From Minisyncoccota bacterium (GTDB taxonomy: Bacteria; Patescibacteriota; Minisyncoccia; Phycocordibacterales; UBA9973), in NCBI GenBank assembly GCA_041667145.1, contig JBAYFP010000001.1, positions 121,056 to 185,055 of the forward strand: 64,000 nucleotides of DNA, given 5' to 3'. Shown piece after piece: positions 1 to 9,155 of the stretch. Each line of letters opens with the position of its first letter. The stretch's first letter is position 1. The notes beneath the pieces were generated by a model, which saw only the letters and a program-made list of their open reading frames with translations, did not search any database and was not told the DNA's origin. The position numbers and the translations under genes were made by a program.

Positions 1-392
1 CTCTTTCTCAAAAATCAAATATCAGACAAGTGATTCCTATTTCTAAAAATAGTTTGAAGGAATTGATGGAAGAAATACACCTCTCCCCAACCCCTCTCCT
101 TAATAAGGAGAGGGGCGAAGGGGTGAGGTCTAAAATAGATTACCTGTTTGAAGGTGATCAAGAAGCATTGATAAAGTCACTTGCAGAAAAAATAACTAGA
201 ATGCAGATTTATCAAATGATTCTTGAGTCCAATGCTTCAGAACAATCTTCTCGAATGGTCGCAATGAAGAATGCTTCGGAGGCTGCAGGGGAAATGATAG
301 ATGATTTGACATTAGTATTCAATAAAGCTCGCCAAGGCAATATTACGAGAGAAATTTCGGAAATAAGTGCAGGCATGGCTTCGGTGAATTAA
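1..392 (+). CDS. atpG: F0F1 ATP synthase gamma subunit, C-terminal part (gene starts upstream of window)
   Basis: Frame is open to base 1. C-terminal motif ITREISEISAGMASV is typical of gamma, and the gene sits directly upstream of atpD and atpC. Contains an in-frame family-A palindromic insert (peptide HLSPTPLLNKERGEGVRS). Confidence 0.8.
   Translation, partial: LSQKSNIRQVIPISKNSLKELMEEIHLSPTPLLNKERGEGVRSKIDYLFEGDQEALIKSLAEKITRMQIYQMILESNASEQSSRMVAMKNASEAAGEMIDDLTLVFNKARQGNITREISEISAGMASVN
78..130. repeat. Family-A nested palindromic miniature repeat (core CCTCTCCTTAATAAGGAGAGG flanked by CACCCC/GGGGTG), in-frame inside atpG
   Basis: Read directly from sequence; near-identical copies at 2545-2598 (reverse orientation), 8901-8957 and 14366-14407. 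Confidence 0.8.
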
Positions 393-414
393 ATTTATTA
401 AAAATTATTATTAA

Positions 415-1782
<1,368 letters not shown>

Positions 1783-1785
1783 ACT

Positions 1786-2232
1786 ATGTCAAAAAAAATA
1801 TTATTAAAAATAATAACACCAGAGCGATTAATTTTAGAAGAAATGGTTGATCAAGTTAGTTTACCGACCACTCTTGGTGAAATTACTATTTTACCTGACC
1901 ATATTCCGTTAATAACAGAACTCACATCTGGAGATATCGTTGCTCTCGTAAATGGTGAGTATGTACCCATGGCTGTTGTAGGTGGGTTTATAGAAGTTAA
2001 AAAGGATGAGAATGACATAACGACAGTCGCTGTTTTAGCTGACTTTGCCGAACATATAAAAGAGCTTGGGGAGGATGTTATAGAAAAAGCAAAAACTCGT
2101 GCAGAAGAACTCAAGAAACAGATGGAGAATAAAGAGCATGTGGATTATGAACATTTTGCAACAGAACTCGAAAGATCTCTCACTCGCGTAAGAATTGCTG
2201 ATAAGTGGAGAACAAAAAAATATAGAAAATAA
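1786..2232 (+). CDS. atpC: F0F1 ATP synthase epsilon subunit
   Basis: 148 aa with an epsilon-like N-terminal beta sandwich (ITPERLILEE...LPTTLGEITILPDHIPLIT) and a C-terminal helical region; follows atpD by 4 nt. Confidence 0.85.
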   Translation: MSKKILLKIITPERLILEEMVDQVSLPTTLGEITILPDHIPLITELTSGDIVALVNGEYVPMAVVGGFIEVKKDENDITTVAVLADFAEHIKELGEDVIEKAKTRAEELKKQMENKEHVDYEHFATELERSLTRVRIADKWRTKKYRK

Positions 2233-2234
2233 AA

Positions 2235-2957
2235 ATGAGTAAATTTTATGTAGTGGCGACGCCAATAGGTAATATGGGAGATATTACTCTCCGAGCCATT
2301 GAGACTCTAAAAGAGGTGGATTTAATATTGTGTGAGGATACTAGGGAAACAAGAAAAATCTTACAGAAATATAATATTAATACACCGACCATGAGCTATC
2401 ATACTCAAAGCAAGCTTGCTAAAGTAGATAAGATTTTTGAATTATTAGAAGAGGGGAAAAATCTAGCCTTAGTTTCTGATGCTGGCACACCGACTATTTC
2501 AGATCCAGGAGCAATGCTTATTTCTAAAATAAAAGAAAAATTTGACCTCACCCCTTCGCCCCTCTCCTTATTAAGGAGAGGGGTTGGGGGAGAGGTGGAT
2601 GTTCAGGTGATTCCAATCCCAGGCGCATCTGCTGTGATTGCTGCGCTTTCAGCTTCGGGATTGCCAACTCATGAATTTACTTTTCTTGGTTTTATGCCAC
2701 ACAAGAAAGGTAGAGAAACTCTTTTTAAGGAAATTGCTGAATCAAAGCGCACAATGATATTTTATGAATCTCCACATCGAATTTTAAAAACATTAGAATC
2801 TCTTGTAAAATTTTGCCCAAATAAAAAGGTCTGTATTGCTCGCGAGCTTACTAAAATTTATGAAGAAATTAAAACTGGCTCGCCATCTGAAATTTTAGAA
2901 TATCTCACTTCGAATCCCGTAAAACAAAAAGGGGAGTTTACGGTATTAGTCAGTTGA
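2235..2957 (+). CDS. rsmI: 16S rRNA (cytidine1402-2'-O)-methyltransferase RsmI (tetrapyrrole-methylase fold)
   Basis: N-terminus FYVVATPIGNMGDITLRAIETLKEVDLILCEDTRETRKIL is characteristic of RsmI. Contains a 53-bp in-frame family-A repeat (peptide DLTPSPLSLLRRGVGGEVD). Ends with TGA. Confidence 0.85.
   Translation: MSKFYVVATPIGNMGDITLRAIETLKEVDLILCEDTRETRKILQKYNINTPTMSYHTQSKLAKVDKIFELLEEGKNLALVSDAGTPTISDPGAMLISKIKEKFDLTPSPLSLLRRGVGGEVDVQVIPIPGASAVIAALSASGLPTHEFTFLGFMPHKKGRETLFKEIAESKRTMIFYESPHRILKTLESLVKFCPNKKVCIARELTKIYEEIKTGSPSEILEYLTSNPVKQKGEFTVLVS
2545..2598. repeat. Family-A palindromic repeat, reverse-complement orientation relative to the copy at 78-130, in-frame in rsmI
   Basis: Sequence gacctcaccccttcgcccctctccttattaaggagaggggttgggggagaggtgg is approximately the reverse complement of the 78-130 copy. 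Confidence 0.8.
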
Positions 2958-3040
2958 CAAGAATATAATTTATTGTTAAGCTAATTTTAGGTTTTTTGTT
3001 CTAATAATAATTTTTCTTTTTCAAGAAAGGAGATTTACTA

Positions 3041-3277
3041 ATGAGTAAAAAAGATAAAGCTATTGATGTTCTTCGTGGCATAGTTGCTAGAGAGAGTGGT
3101 ATTCCTTTAGACGAAGTCACTAAAGAAACAATTATCGGGGACGGGAACAGAATTTCAAGCGTGATGCTTGAAAATATATTAAGATGTATTAAAACTTTTT
3201 TCAATTACCAAGTCTCGTATCCTACTGTGATGACTATAAATAAGTTAGCTAGTATTGTTCATGCTCGCGTCCACTAA
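3041..3277 (+). CDS. hypothetical small protein (78 aa)
   Basis: ORF-track ORF with a plausible RBS (aaaggagatttactaATG); no recognisable family. Confidence 0.3.
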   Translation: MSKKDKAIDVLRGIVARESGIPLDEVTKETIIGDGNRISSVMLENILRCIKTFFNYQVSYPTVMTINKLASIVHARVH

Positions 3278-3310
3278 GTCGTCGCTAGGGCTATCACTAC
3301 TCGTTTTCGA

Positions 3311-3342
3311 AAAAGCCGTATCCCTCTGGAAACGGCTTTTTA
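3311..3342. terminator. Bidirectional rho-independent terminator between convergent genes
   Basis: Hairpin aaaagccgt-atccctctggaa-acggctttt with T runs on both strands. Confidence 0.5.
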
Positions 3343-5310
3343 TAATAGATCTTCTGGATCTACAGATACCTCATAAGTTGGAGGTAAAGAAGAAAGAATA
3401 TTAAATAGGTTTTGATTTATAGACGAGCCGTGGAGAAGTTCAGGTAGTGACCATTTTAAGGGATCTAATTTTATTAGAGCATTGGTAACATATTGATTCT
3501 TATTTTTTGCCACAAATCCACCGAAAATATCTGGGTTATATTCTTTAAGGAGATTTTCTAATGCTTTCTTGGCTTTGGCCGATTCTTCTTTATCGCCTAA
3601 AAAAGTAATTTTAATAAAACGTTTGAATGGAGGATAATTCATATTTTTTCTATCTTCTAATTCTTCTCGTACAAATGGAAGTAAATTTTCTGATTTAACA
3701 GCAAGTAAAGCTTGGTCATTTATATTTTTCGTTTGGATGATTAGTTTATTTTCAGTTTTTCCAAGCATGGAAAGTAAAAGCTGAATTATTTTTTCGCTCA
3801 TTTTATAGTTTGGGATACTCCAAAGAGAGTCAAATGAAGCTATAATAGATAAGTTAATTTTTTCTTGAAGATAGAAAAAAACCATCTCTGTGCCTACTAA
3901 GATAGACCCATGGTTCTCTTCAAATTCTTCTATTATTTCATCTGCTCCTTTAGCTGTTTTCGCGGATTCTTTGTCTAGTTTAAAAATTTTAACTTTGGGG
4001 AATTTATTTTTTATTTCCTCAAAAACTGTATCTGTACCTATGCCTAGTGGTATAAGATTCCAGCTGTCACAATTTGGGCATTTAGTCTCAGGGTCCTTTT
4101 CGGTGCCACATCTATTACATATAAACATTCGTTTTTTGCCATCTCGGGATAAGTACAATACGAGAGGAGCAAGACATTTTTCACAGTTTATTGTTTCATT
4201 GCAGTCCTTGCATATGGTGTAGGTGGCCAATCCTTTTCTTAAAGAAAAGATAAAGACATTTTTTTTATTATTTAAACTATTTTCTATCTCTTCAATGCTT
4301 TTTTCTGAAAATAGTTGAAATTTAGGATTTTTTGTTTGATCTTGCGGAGGCAAAATTTCTTTTTCATTTGGATTTATTATATCCATTTTTACTTTGTCGA
4401 AATTAGTTCTAAAAGACATTGGATAGACTTCGTTTAATCCCTCAATTTCTTTTCTAGCTATAGTTTCAAAATGTAACAATGTATCACCCAATATAAATTT
4501 AGTATTGATTTTTGAGGCGTAAAGTTCAGCAAAAATCCTTAAATCAAAATGAGGTTTGGGAATCATTTTATAGACATTTGAATTTTCGTGCTCCACTACG
4601 ATGGCTCCTATATCTATCCTTGGAATAGATAAAAACTGAGCGGTACACAATATCAACACCCCATGAGGGGAGTTGATTATTTGTTCATATTTTTCAAGTA
4701 TTTTTTTAGGTCTTAATCCGTTGTGTATAGAGAAGGTAAAATTTTCAATGCCTTTCGAAAGCGATTGATAAAATATCTCTATATCATATTCTGTCGGTAA
4801 TACGATAAAAACCGATTTTTTTTGAGCGAAATATCCTCTTATCAATGTTTTATAATAAGAAATACGATCATCAAAGTTAGCTTGAAAAAGTAATTTTTCA
4901 GTTTTAATTTCAGGTGATGTGATATTAGTCGTTTCGGTTGTCACATCACTGTTAGAAAATTTTGCTATTTTGTCATATTTTTCTCTAAAGATAGATGGAA
5001 TGAGTGAAATAATTCCGCTATTTTTTTTAGAAACAAAGTATGAACTCATAAGAAGAGCAGATTCAATAAATTCATTTCTAAAAATAGAATGTTCTTTGAT
5101 TTCGATTATTTTTTTTAAATTGAAAGACATATCTTTTATGTCAGATTTTGCAGTCGAAACATCTTCACAGGAAATTACTAAACCTAATATTTTTTTGTTA
5201 CGTATAGGAGCACTCACGATGCTTCCATTTTTTATGTCTTTTGCTGTAAAATATGTCAAATCTGATTTGAAAATTCCTTTTTCTAGCGGTAATATTGTCA
5301 CAATTTTCAT
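3340..5310 (-). CDS. priA: primosomal protein N' (PriA-like replication restart helicase)
   Basis: Typical PriA Cys-rich zinc domain (CKDCNETINCEKC...CNRCG...CPNCDS) followed by GIGTDTVFEEIKNKFP, with the overall PriA domain order. The Walker A region appears degenerate (see findings). Confidence 0.75.
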   Translation of the reverse strand: MKIVTILPLEKGIFKSDLTYFTAKDIKNGSIVSAPIRNKKILGLVISCEDVSTAKSDIKDMSFNLKKIIEIKEHSIFRNEFIESALLMSSYFVSKKNSGIISLIPSIFREKYDKIAKFSNSDVTTETTNITSPEIKTEKLLFQANFDDRISYYKTLIRGYFAQKKSVFIVLPTEYDIEIFYQSLSKGIENFTFSIHNGLRPKKILEKYEQIINSPHGVLILCTAQFLSIPRIDIGAIVVEHENSNVYKMIPKPHFDLRIFAELYASKINTKFILGDTLLHFETIARKEIEGLNEVYPMSFRTNFDKVKMDIINPNEKEILPPQDQTKNPKFQLFSEKSIEEIENSLNNKKNVFIFSLRKGLATYTICKDCNETINCEKCLAPLVLYLSRDGKKRMFICNRCGTEKDPETKCPNCDSWNLIPLGIGTDTVFEEIKNKFPKVKIFKLDKESAKTAKGADEIIEEFEENHGSILVGTEMVFFYLQEKINLSIIASFDSLWSIPNYKMSEKIIQLLLSMLGKTENKLIIQTKNINDQALLAVKSENLLPFVREELEDRKNMNYPPFKRFIKITFLGDKEESAKAKKALENLLKEYNPDIFGGFVAKNKNQYVTNALIKLDPLKWSLPELLHGSSINQNLFNILSSLPPTYEVSVDPEDLL

Positions 5311-5347
5311 CTTTTCATTCTAGCATAATTTGTGATATATTTAGCCA

Positions 5348-6361
5348 ATGAGTATTTTTTCCAGAAAATTAGGGATAGATCTAGGTACAGCTAATACTTT
5401 GGTATTTTTGCCTGGCAAGGGTATCGTTTTGAATGAGCCTTCTGTGGTAGCAGTTTCAGAACAGGATAATAAGATTTTAGCTATTGGTTTTGAGGCTAAA
5501 GATATGATTGGTAAAACGCCTGATAATATTATTACTTATTGCCCAATGAAAGATGGAGTTATCGCAGATTATCGAGTGACAGAAGCGATGCTTCGTTATT
5601 TTATTAATAAGGCATTAGGGAAATTTAATCTTTTTAAACCAGATGTGATGGTTTCTGTACCGGCTGGTGTCACAAGTACAGAACGCAGGGCTGTGGTAGA
5701 AGCTGCGATACGTGCAGGCGCTAGGAATGCTTATGTAGTGAAAGAGCCGATCCTCGCAGCTATTGGTGCTGGTATACCTATTTATGAATCGAAGGGATAT
5801 ATGGTAGTTGATATTGGTGGAGGTACGACAGATGTGGCTGTGATATCTCTTGGAGGAATAGTTGCTTCAACTTCAGTAAAATGTGCCGGAAATAAAATTG
5901 ATCAAGCGATCGCTGATTATATTAAGAAAACTTTTAATTTAGCCATAGGAGATAGGACAGCAGAAGAAGTAAAAATTAAAATTGGTGCAGCTGTGGCGCT
6001 AGAAGAAGAAATTAGAGTTACAATCAAAGGACGTGATTTTATTCAAGGGTTACCTAGGTCTGCTCAAGTCGGAACCAACGAAATAGTCAAAGCCATAGAT
6101 GGGGAATTGAAGCAAATAATAAAAGCTATTAAAGACGTATTACAAGAAACTCCCCCCGAACTTGCTTCAGATATTATGGATTATGGCATTATAATGACAG
6201 GTGGCTCTTCACAATTACGTAATTTCCCAGATTTAGTTTATAGAAAGACAGGGGTCAAGGCGACACTTGCTGATGATGCTTTGTTTTGTGTAGTGAAAGG
6301 TACAGGTATAGCGCTCGAGCATTTAGATGTCTATAAAAAAACTGTCTTAAGTAAAAAATAA
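5348..6361 (+). CDS. mreB: rod shape-determining actin homolog MreB
   Basis: GIDLGTANTLV phosphate-1 motif, VDIGGGTTDVAV, 337 aa. Confidence 0.9.
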   Translation: MSIFSRKLGIDLGTANTLVFLPGKGIVLNEPSVVAVSEQDNKILAIGFEAKDMIGKTPDNIITYCPMKDGVIADYRVTEAMLRYFINKALGKFNLFKPDVMVSVPAGVTSTERRAVVEAAIRAGARNAYVVKEPILAAIGAGIPIYESKGYMVVDIGGGTTDVAVISLGGIVASTSVKCAGNKIDQAIADYIKKTFNLAIGDRTAEEVKIKIGAAVALEEEIRVTIKGRDFIQGLPRSAQVGTNEIVKAIDGELKQIIKAIKDVLQETPPELASDIMDYGIIMTGGSSQLRNFPDLVYRKTGVKATLADDALFCVVKGTGIALEHLDVYKKTVLSKK

Positions 6362-6362
6362 A

Positions 6363-7136
6363 ATGAGCATTCTAGAAAATCTAGATAAAAATAATTTGCA
6401 CCATGCATATCTGATAGAAGGGGTTCGGGAAGAGATTGTGCCAGAGATTTTAGTACTTATGAAAAATCTTGGTATAGAAACTTCTAGCAATCCAGATTTT
6501 TGTCATATATCTGTAGATTCTTTTAAGATTGAAGATGCTCGTAATTTAAAATCAGTAGAATATGAAAAAGGTTTTTCAAATGGTAAAAAAATATTTTTAA
6601 TTTCTGCTAATAATTTTTTATTAGAAGCGCAAAATACATTACTTAAAATATTTGAAGAGCCGATAGAGAATACGCATTTCTTCTTGATTGTGCCAGATAA
6701 AAATATTTTACTTAAGACTTTAGTTTCTAGATTTTATTTGATTCCTACTAAACAAAATTTAGATGAAGGACTAAAAAAAGAAGCAGAGAAATTTATCAAA
6801 ATGCCTTTAAGAGATAGAATTGATTTTATTAAAGAATTATTAACAGAAGCAGAAGAAAATACGGAGGCCTTGCCTTCGCAAGGCGAAAGCAAGGCCTCCG
6901 CCAGATCCAAAGCATTGAAATTTTTAAATGCATTGGAAGCTATGTTGAATAGCAAATTTGTAAAGAATTTTTCCGGCTTAACCCTTCCCGGAGTACCGGG
7001 CGGGACCCACACCGTTCAAAATTCTTTACAAATTTGCTATCAACATATTTTTAAAGTTCGGGAGTTTTTAAATCAACCTGGTTCTTCGGTAAAGACTTTA
7101 ATGGAATCTGTGGCTTTGACTATTCCTAGTTTTTAA
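6363..7136 (+). CDS. holB: DNA polymerase III delta'-like clamp loader subunit
   Basis: HAYLIEG, NTLLKIFEEP...FFLI, SRF motifs resemble delta' (AAA+ without full Walker A). Carries two GC-rich in-frame palindromes. Confidence 0.55.
   Translation: MSILENLDKNNLHHAYLIEGVREEIVPEILVLMKNLGIETSSNPDFCHISVDSFKIEDARNLKSVEYEKGFSNGKKIFLISANNFLLEAQNTLLKIFEEPIENTHFFLIVPDKNILLKTLVSRFYLIPTKQNLDEGLKKEAEKFIKMPLRDRIDFIKELLTEAEENTEALPSQGESKASARSKALKFLNALEAMLNSKFVKNFSGLTLPGVPGGTHTVQNSLQICYQHIFKVREFLNQPGSSVKTLMESVALTIPSF
6862..6900. repeat. GC-rich nested palindrome inserted in-frame in holB-like gene
   Basis: cggaggccttgc-cttcgcaaggcgaaag-gcaaggcctccg: a perfect 12-bp inverted repeat around an inner palindrome, in a ~30% GC background. 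Confidence 0.7.
6983..7006. repeat. Second short GC-rich palindrome in holB-like gene (cccggagtaccggg)
   Basis: Read from sequence. Confidence 0.5.
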
Positions 7137-7165
7137 CTTTTATCATTAAATGATATAATTATCAT

Positions 7166-7717
7166 ATGCAATACAACTTTTCAAATTTTAAATTAGAAAT
7201 TAACAAAATAGCCGAATATTTAGGTAAAGAATACAGCCAACTAAATATAGGCCGAGCATCACCTATGATTCTTGATGGAGTTTCTGTAGAGTCATATGGT
7301 TCATACGTTCCATTGAAAAATGTTGCTTCTGTATCTATCGAAGATCCAAAGACATTGCGTATTGTTGCTTGGGATAAAAATCAGTTAAAAGAAATTGAGA
7401 AGGCAATTATTTCTTCAAACTTAGGGCTAAGCGTCGCTGTTGATGGATCTGGAATAAGAGTTATTTTTCCTCAATTGACGACAGAAACGAGACAGACTCT
7501 TGTAAGGGTTCTAAAAGAAAAATTAGAGGAAAGTAGAATAACAGTGCGTAAGGAACGTGAAAGAATTTGGGATGAGGTTCAAAAATTAGAGAAAGAAGGC
7601 AAAATGCCTGAGGATGATAAATTTCGAGCTAAAGAAGAACTACAAAAAGTTATAGATGAGATAAATGGAAAACTGGAAAGTATTTTTGAAAAGAAGGAAA
7701 AAGAAGTTATGGGGTAA
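7166..7717 (+). CDS. frr: ribosome recycling factor
   Basis: 183 aa with a typical RRF C-terminal helical region (VRKERERIWDEVQKLEKEGKMPEDDKFRAKEELQK). Confidence 0.9.
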   Translation: MQYNFSNFKLEINKIAEYLGKEYSQLNIGRASPMILDGVSVESYGSYVPLKNVASVSIEDPKTLRIVAWDKNQLKEIEKAIISSNLGLSVAVDGSGIRVIFPQLTTETRQTLVRVLKEKLEESRITVRKERERIWDEVQKLEKEGKMPEDDKFRAKEELQKVIDEINGKLESIFEKKEKEVMG

Positions 7718-7724
7718 ATAGATT

Positions 7725-8900
7725 ATGAATATTATAATTTTTGTTGTAATTTTATTGATATTGGTTCTCGTTCATGAATGTGGGCATTTTTTTACTGCTA
7801 AGAAATTTGGTATTCGTGTAGATGAATTTGGCTTTGGTTTCCCTCCAAAATTATTTAGTTTTAAAAAAGGGGAGACAGAATATTCTATAAATGCTTTGCC
7901 TTTTGGAGGATTTGTTAAAATTTTTGGAGAAGATATGGATGAGGCAGATCTTTTAGAGGTTGGATTTTTAGATAAGAAACCTGCCCGCAATGCTGAAAGC
8001 ATAGCTTCTGCAGGCGGGGAAACTGTTGAAAAAGTTGATTTAGCTAGGAGTTTGGTAAGTAAACCTAAATATCAACAAGCAATGGTTATGTTTGCAGGTA
8101 TTTTTGCGAATTTTTTGCTAGCTTGGCTTTTATTTTCTGTGGGTTTTATCTCAGGGCTACCGACATCAGTAGGAAGTGAACCGAAAGGATATTCTGTGGC
8201 AGATGCGCATTTGGTTTTAGTTTCTGTTTTAGCTGGTTCGCCAGCAGAGATTTCAGGATTAAAGACTGGAGATAAAATAGTTTCCATAAAAAGTGGCAGT
8301 GATATTATTTCTGATATCAATCCTGATACATTAAAATCTTTTATACTCTCACATGGAGATAAGAAAATTGAATTTGGATATTTACGTGGAAAAAGTGAAA
8401 CGATAAACATCACAAATGTGACACCTATTAAAAAAACTGTTAATGAAAACCCCACTATTGGCATAGCTATGGACCAGATAGGAACCCTCAGATTGCCTAT
8501 TTTGAACGCTTTTTGGGAAGGGTTGAAGTTAGACTGGAATGTGACAAAAGGCACTGTAGTGGGCCTTTATACGCTTATATCAGGTGCTATACAAGGTAAA
8601 GGTAGCTTTTCTCAAGTTACAGGACCTGTAGGAATGGTAGGCATCGTAGGCGATGCATATCAATTTGGTTTTGTTTATCTTCTTTCTTTTATGGCATTGA
8701 TTTCAGTCAATTTAGCCATAATAAATCTTATTCCGTTTCCAGCACTCGATGGCGGAAGGATATTATTTTTACTTATTGAAAAAATAAAAGGTTCTCGCTT
8801 AAATCCTAAATTTGCAAATTATGCAAACATGATCGGTTTTGCTATTTTGATTTTATTGATGTTGGTTGTGACGTATCATGATGTAGTGAAATTGTTTTGA
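7725..8900 (+). CDS. rseP: RIP zinc metalloprotease RseP (site-2 protease family M50)
   Basis: HECGHF HExxH motif at the N-terminus, an internal PDZ domain, and C-terminal NLIPFPALDGGR; ends with TGA. Confidence 0.85.
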   Translation: MNIIIFVVILLILVLVHECGHFFTAKKFGIRVDEFGFGFPPKLFSFKKGETEYSINALPFGGFVKIFGEDMDEADLLEVGFLDKKPARNAESIASAGGETVEKVDLARSLVSKPKYQQAMVMFAGIFANFLLAWLLFSVGFISGLPTSVGSEPKGYSVADAHLVLVSVLAGSPAEISGLKTGDKIVSIKSGSDIISDINPDTLKSFILSHGDKKIEFGYLRGKSETINITNVTPIKKTVNENPTIGIAMDQIGTLRLPILNAFWEGLKLDWNVTKGTVVGLYTLISGAIQGKGSFSQVTGPVGMVGIVGDAYQFGFVYLLSFMALISVNLAIINLIPFPALDGGRILFLLIEKIKGSRLNPKFANYANMIGFAILILLMLVVTYHDVVKLF

Positions 8901-8957
8901 TCTCACCCCCAGCCCCTCTCCTTAATAAGGAGAGGGTGGCCGAAGGTCGGGTGAGGT
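8901..8957. repeat. Family-A palindromic repeat, intergenic (immediately after rseP stop)
   Basis: tctcacccccagcccctctccttaataaggagagggtggccgaaggtcgggtgagg. Confidence 0.8.
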
Positions 8958-9155
8958 GAATTTATGAAATCAGAAATCAAAACCTGTCAGAATTGCAAGA
9001 AAGACTTTACAATAGAGCCAGAAGATTTTAATTTTTATGAAAAAATAAATGTTCCTCCACCAACATTTTGCCCAGAATGCAGGATGGTGCGACGCCTTAC
9101 TTGAAGAAATGAGCGTTCTTTATTTCATGCGATATGTGATAGTTGTGGTAAAAAA

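Noticed and set aside
1851-2265. Antisense ORFs overlapping atpC (1851-2114 minus, 2035-2265 minus) and numerous similar short antisense ORFs throughout the track (e.g. 3890-4222, 4919-5323, 6734-7012, 7772-8002, 8072-8554, 16678-16902, 17440-17814, 20278-20709, 23365-23700, 24838-25158, 28490-28678, 31579-31863, 32690-33098, 37984-38301, 45340-45837, 46726-47293, 53673-54083, 57130-57453, 58682-58945, 60333-60904, 62002-62205, 62769-63098)
   Set aside because: They lie fully inside well-supported conserved genes on the opposite strand or in alternative frames. They have low-complexity or hydrophobic composition typical of AT-rich antisense frames, and no RBS or motif.
8898-9104. Possibility that TGA is a sense codon (code 4 or 25), which would fuse rseP, the family-A repeat and the Cys-rich gene into one frame (they are all in the same phase, separated only by TGA at 8898, 8952 and 9102)
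   Set aside because: RseP ends at its normal C-terminus. All other housekeeping genes are full length with no internal TGA. rsmI also ends in TGA with its normal C-terminus. tRNA-Trp here has anticodon CCA. The phase coincidence has a 1 in 3 chance. A standard code with one in-frame TGA in the Cys-rich gene is more parsimonious.
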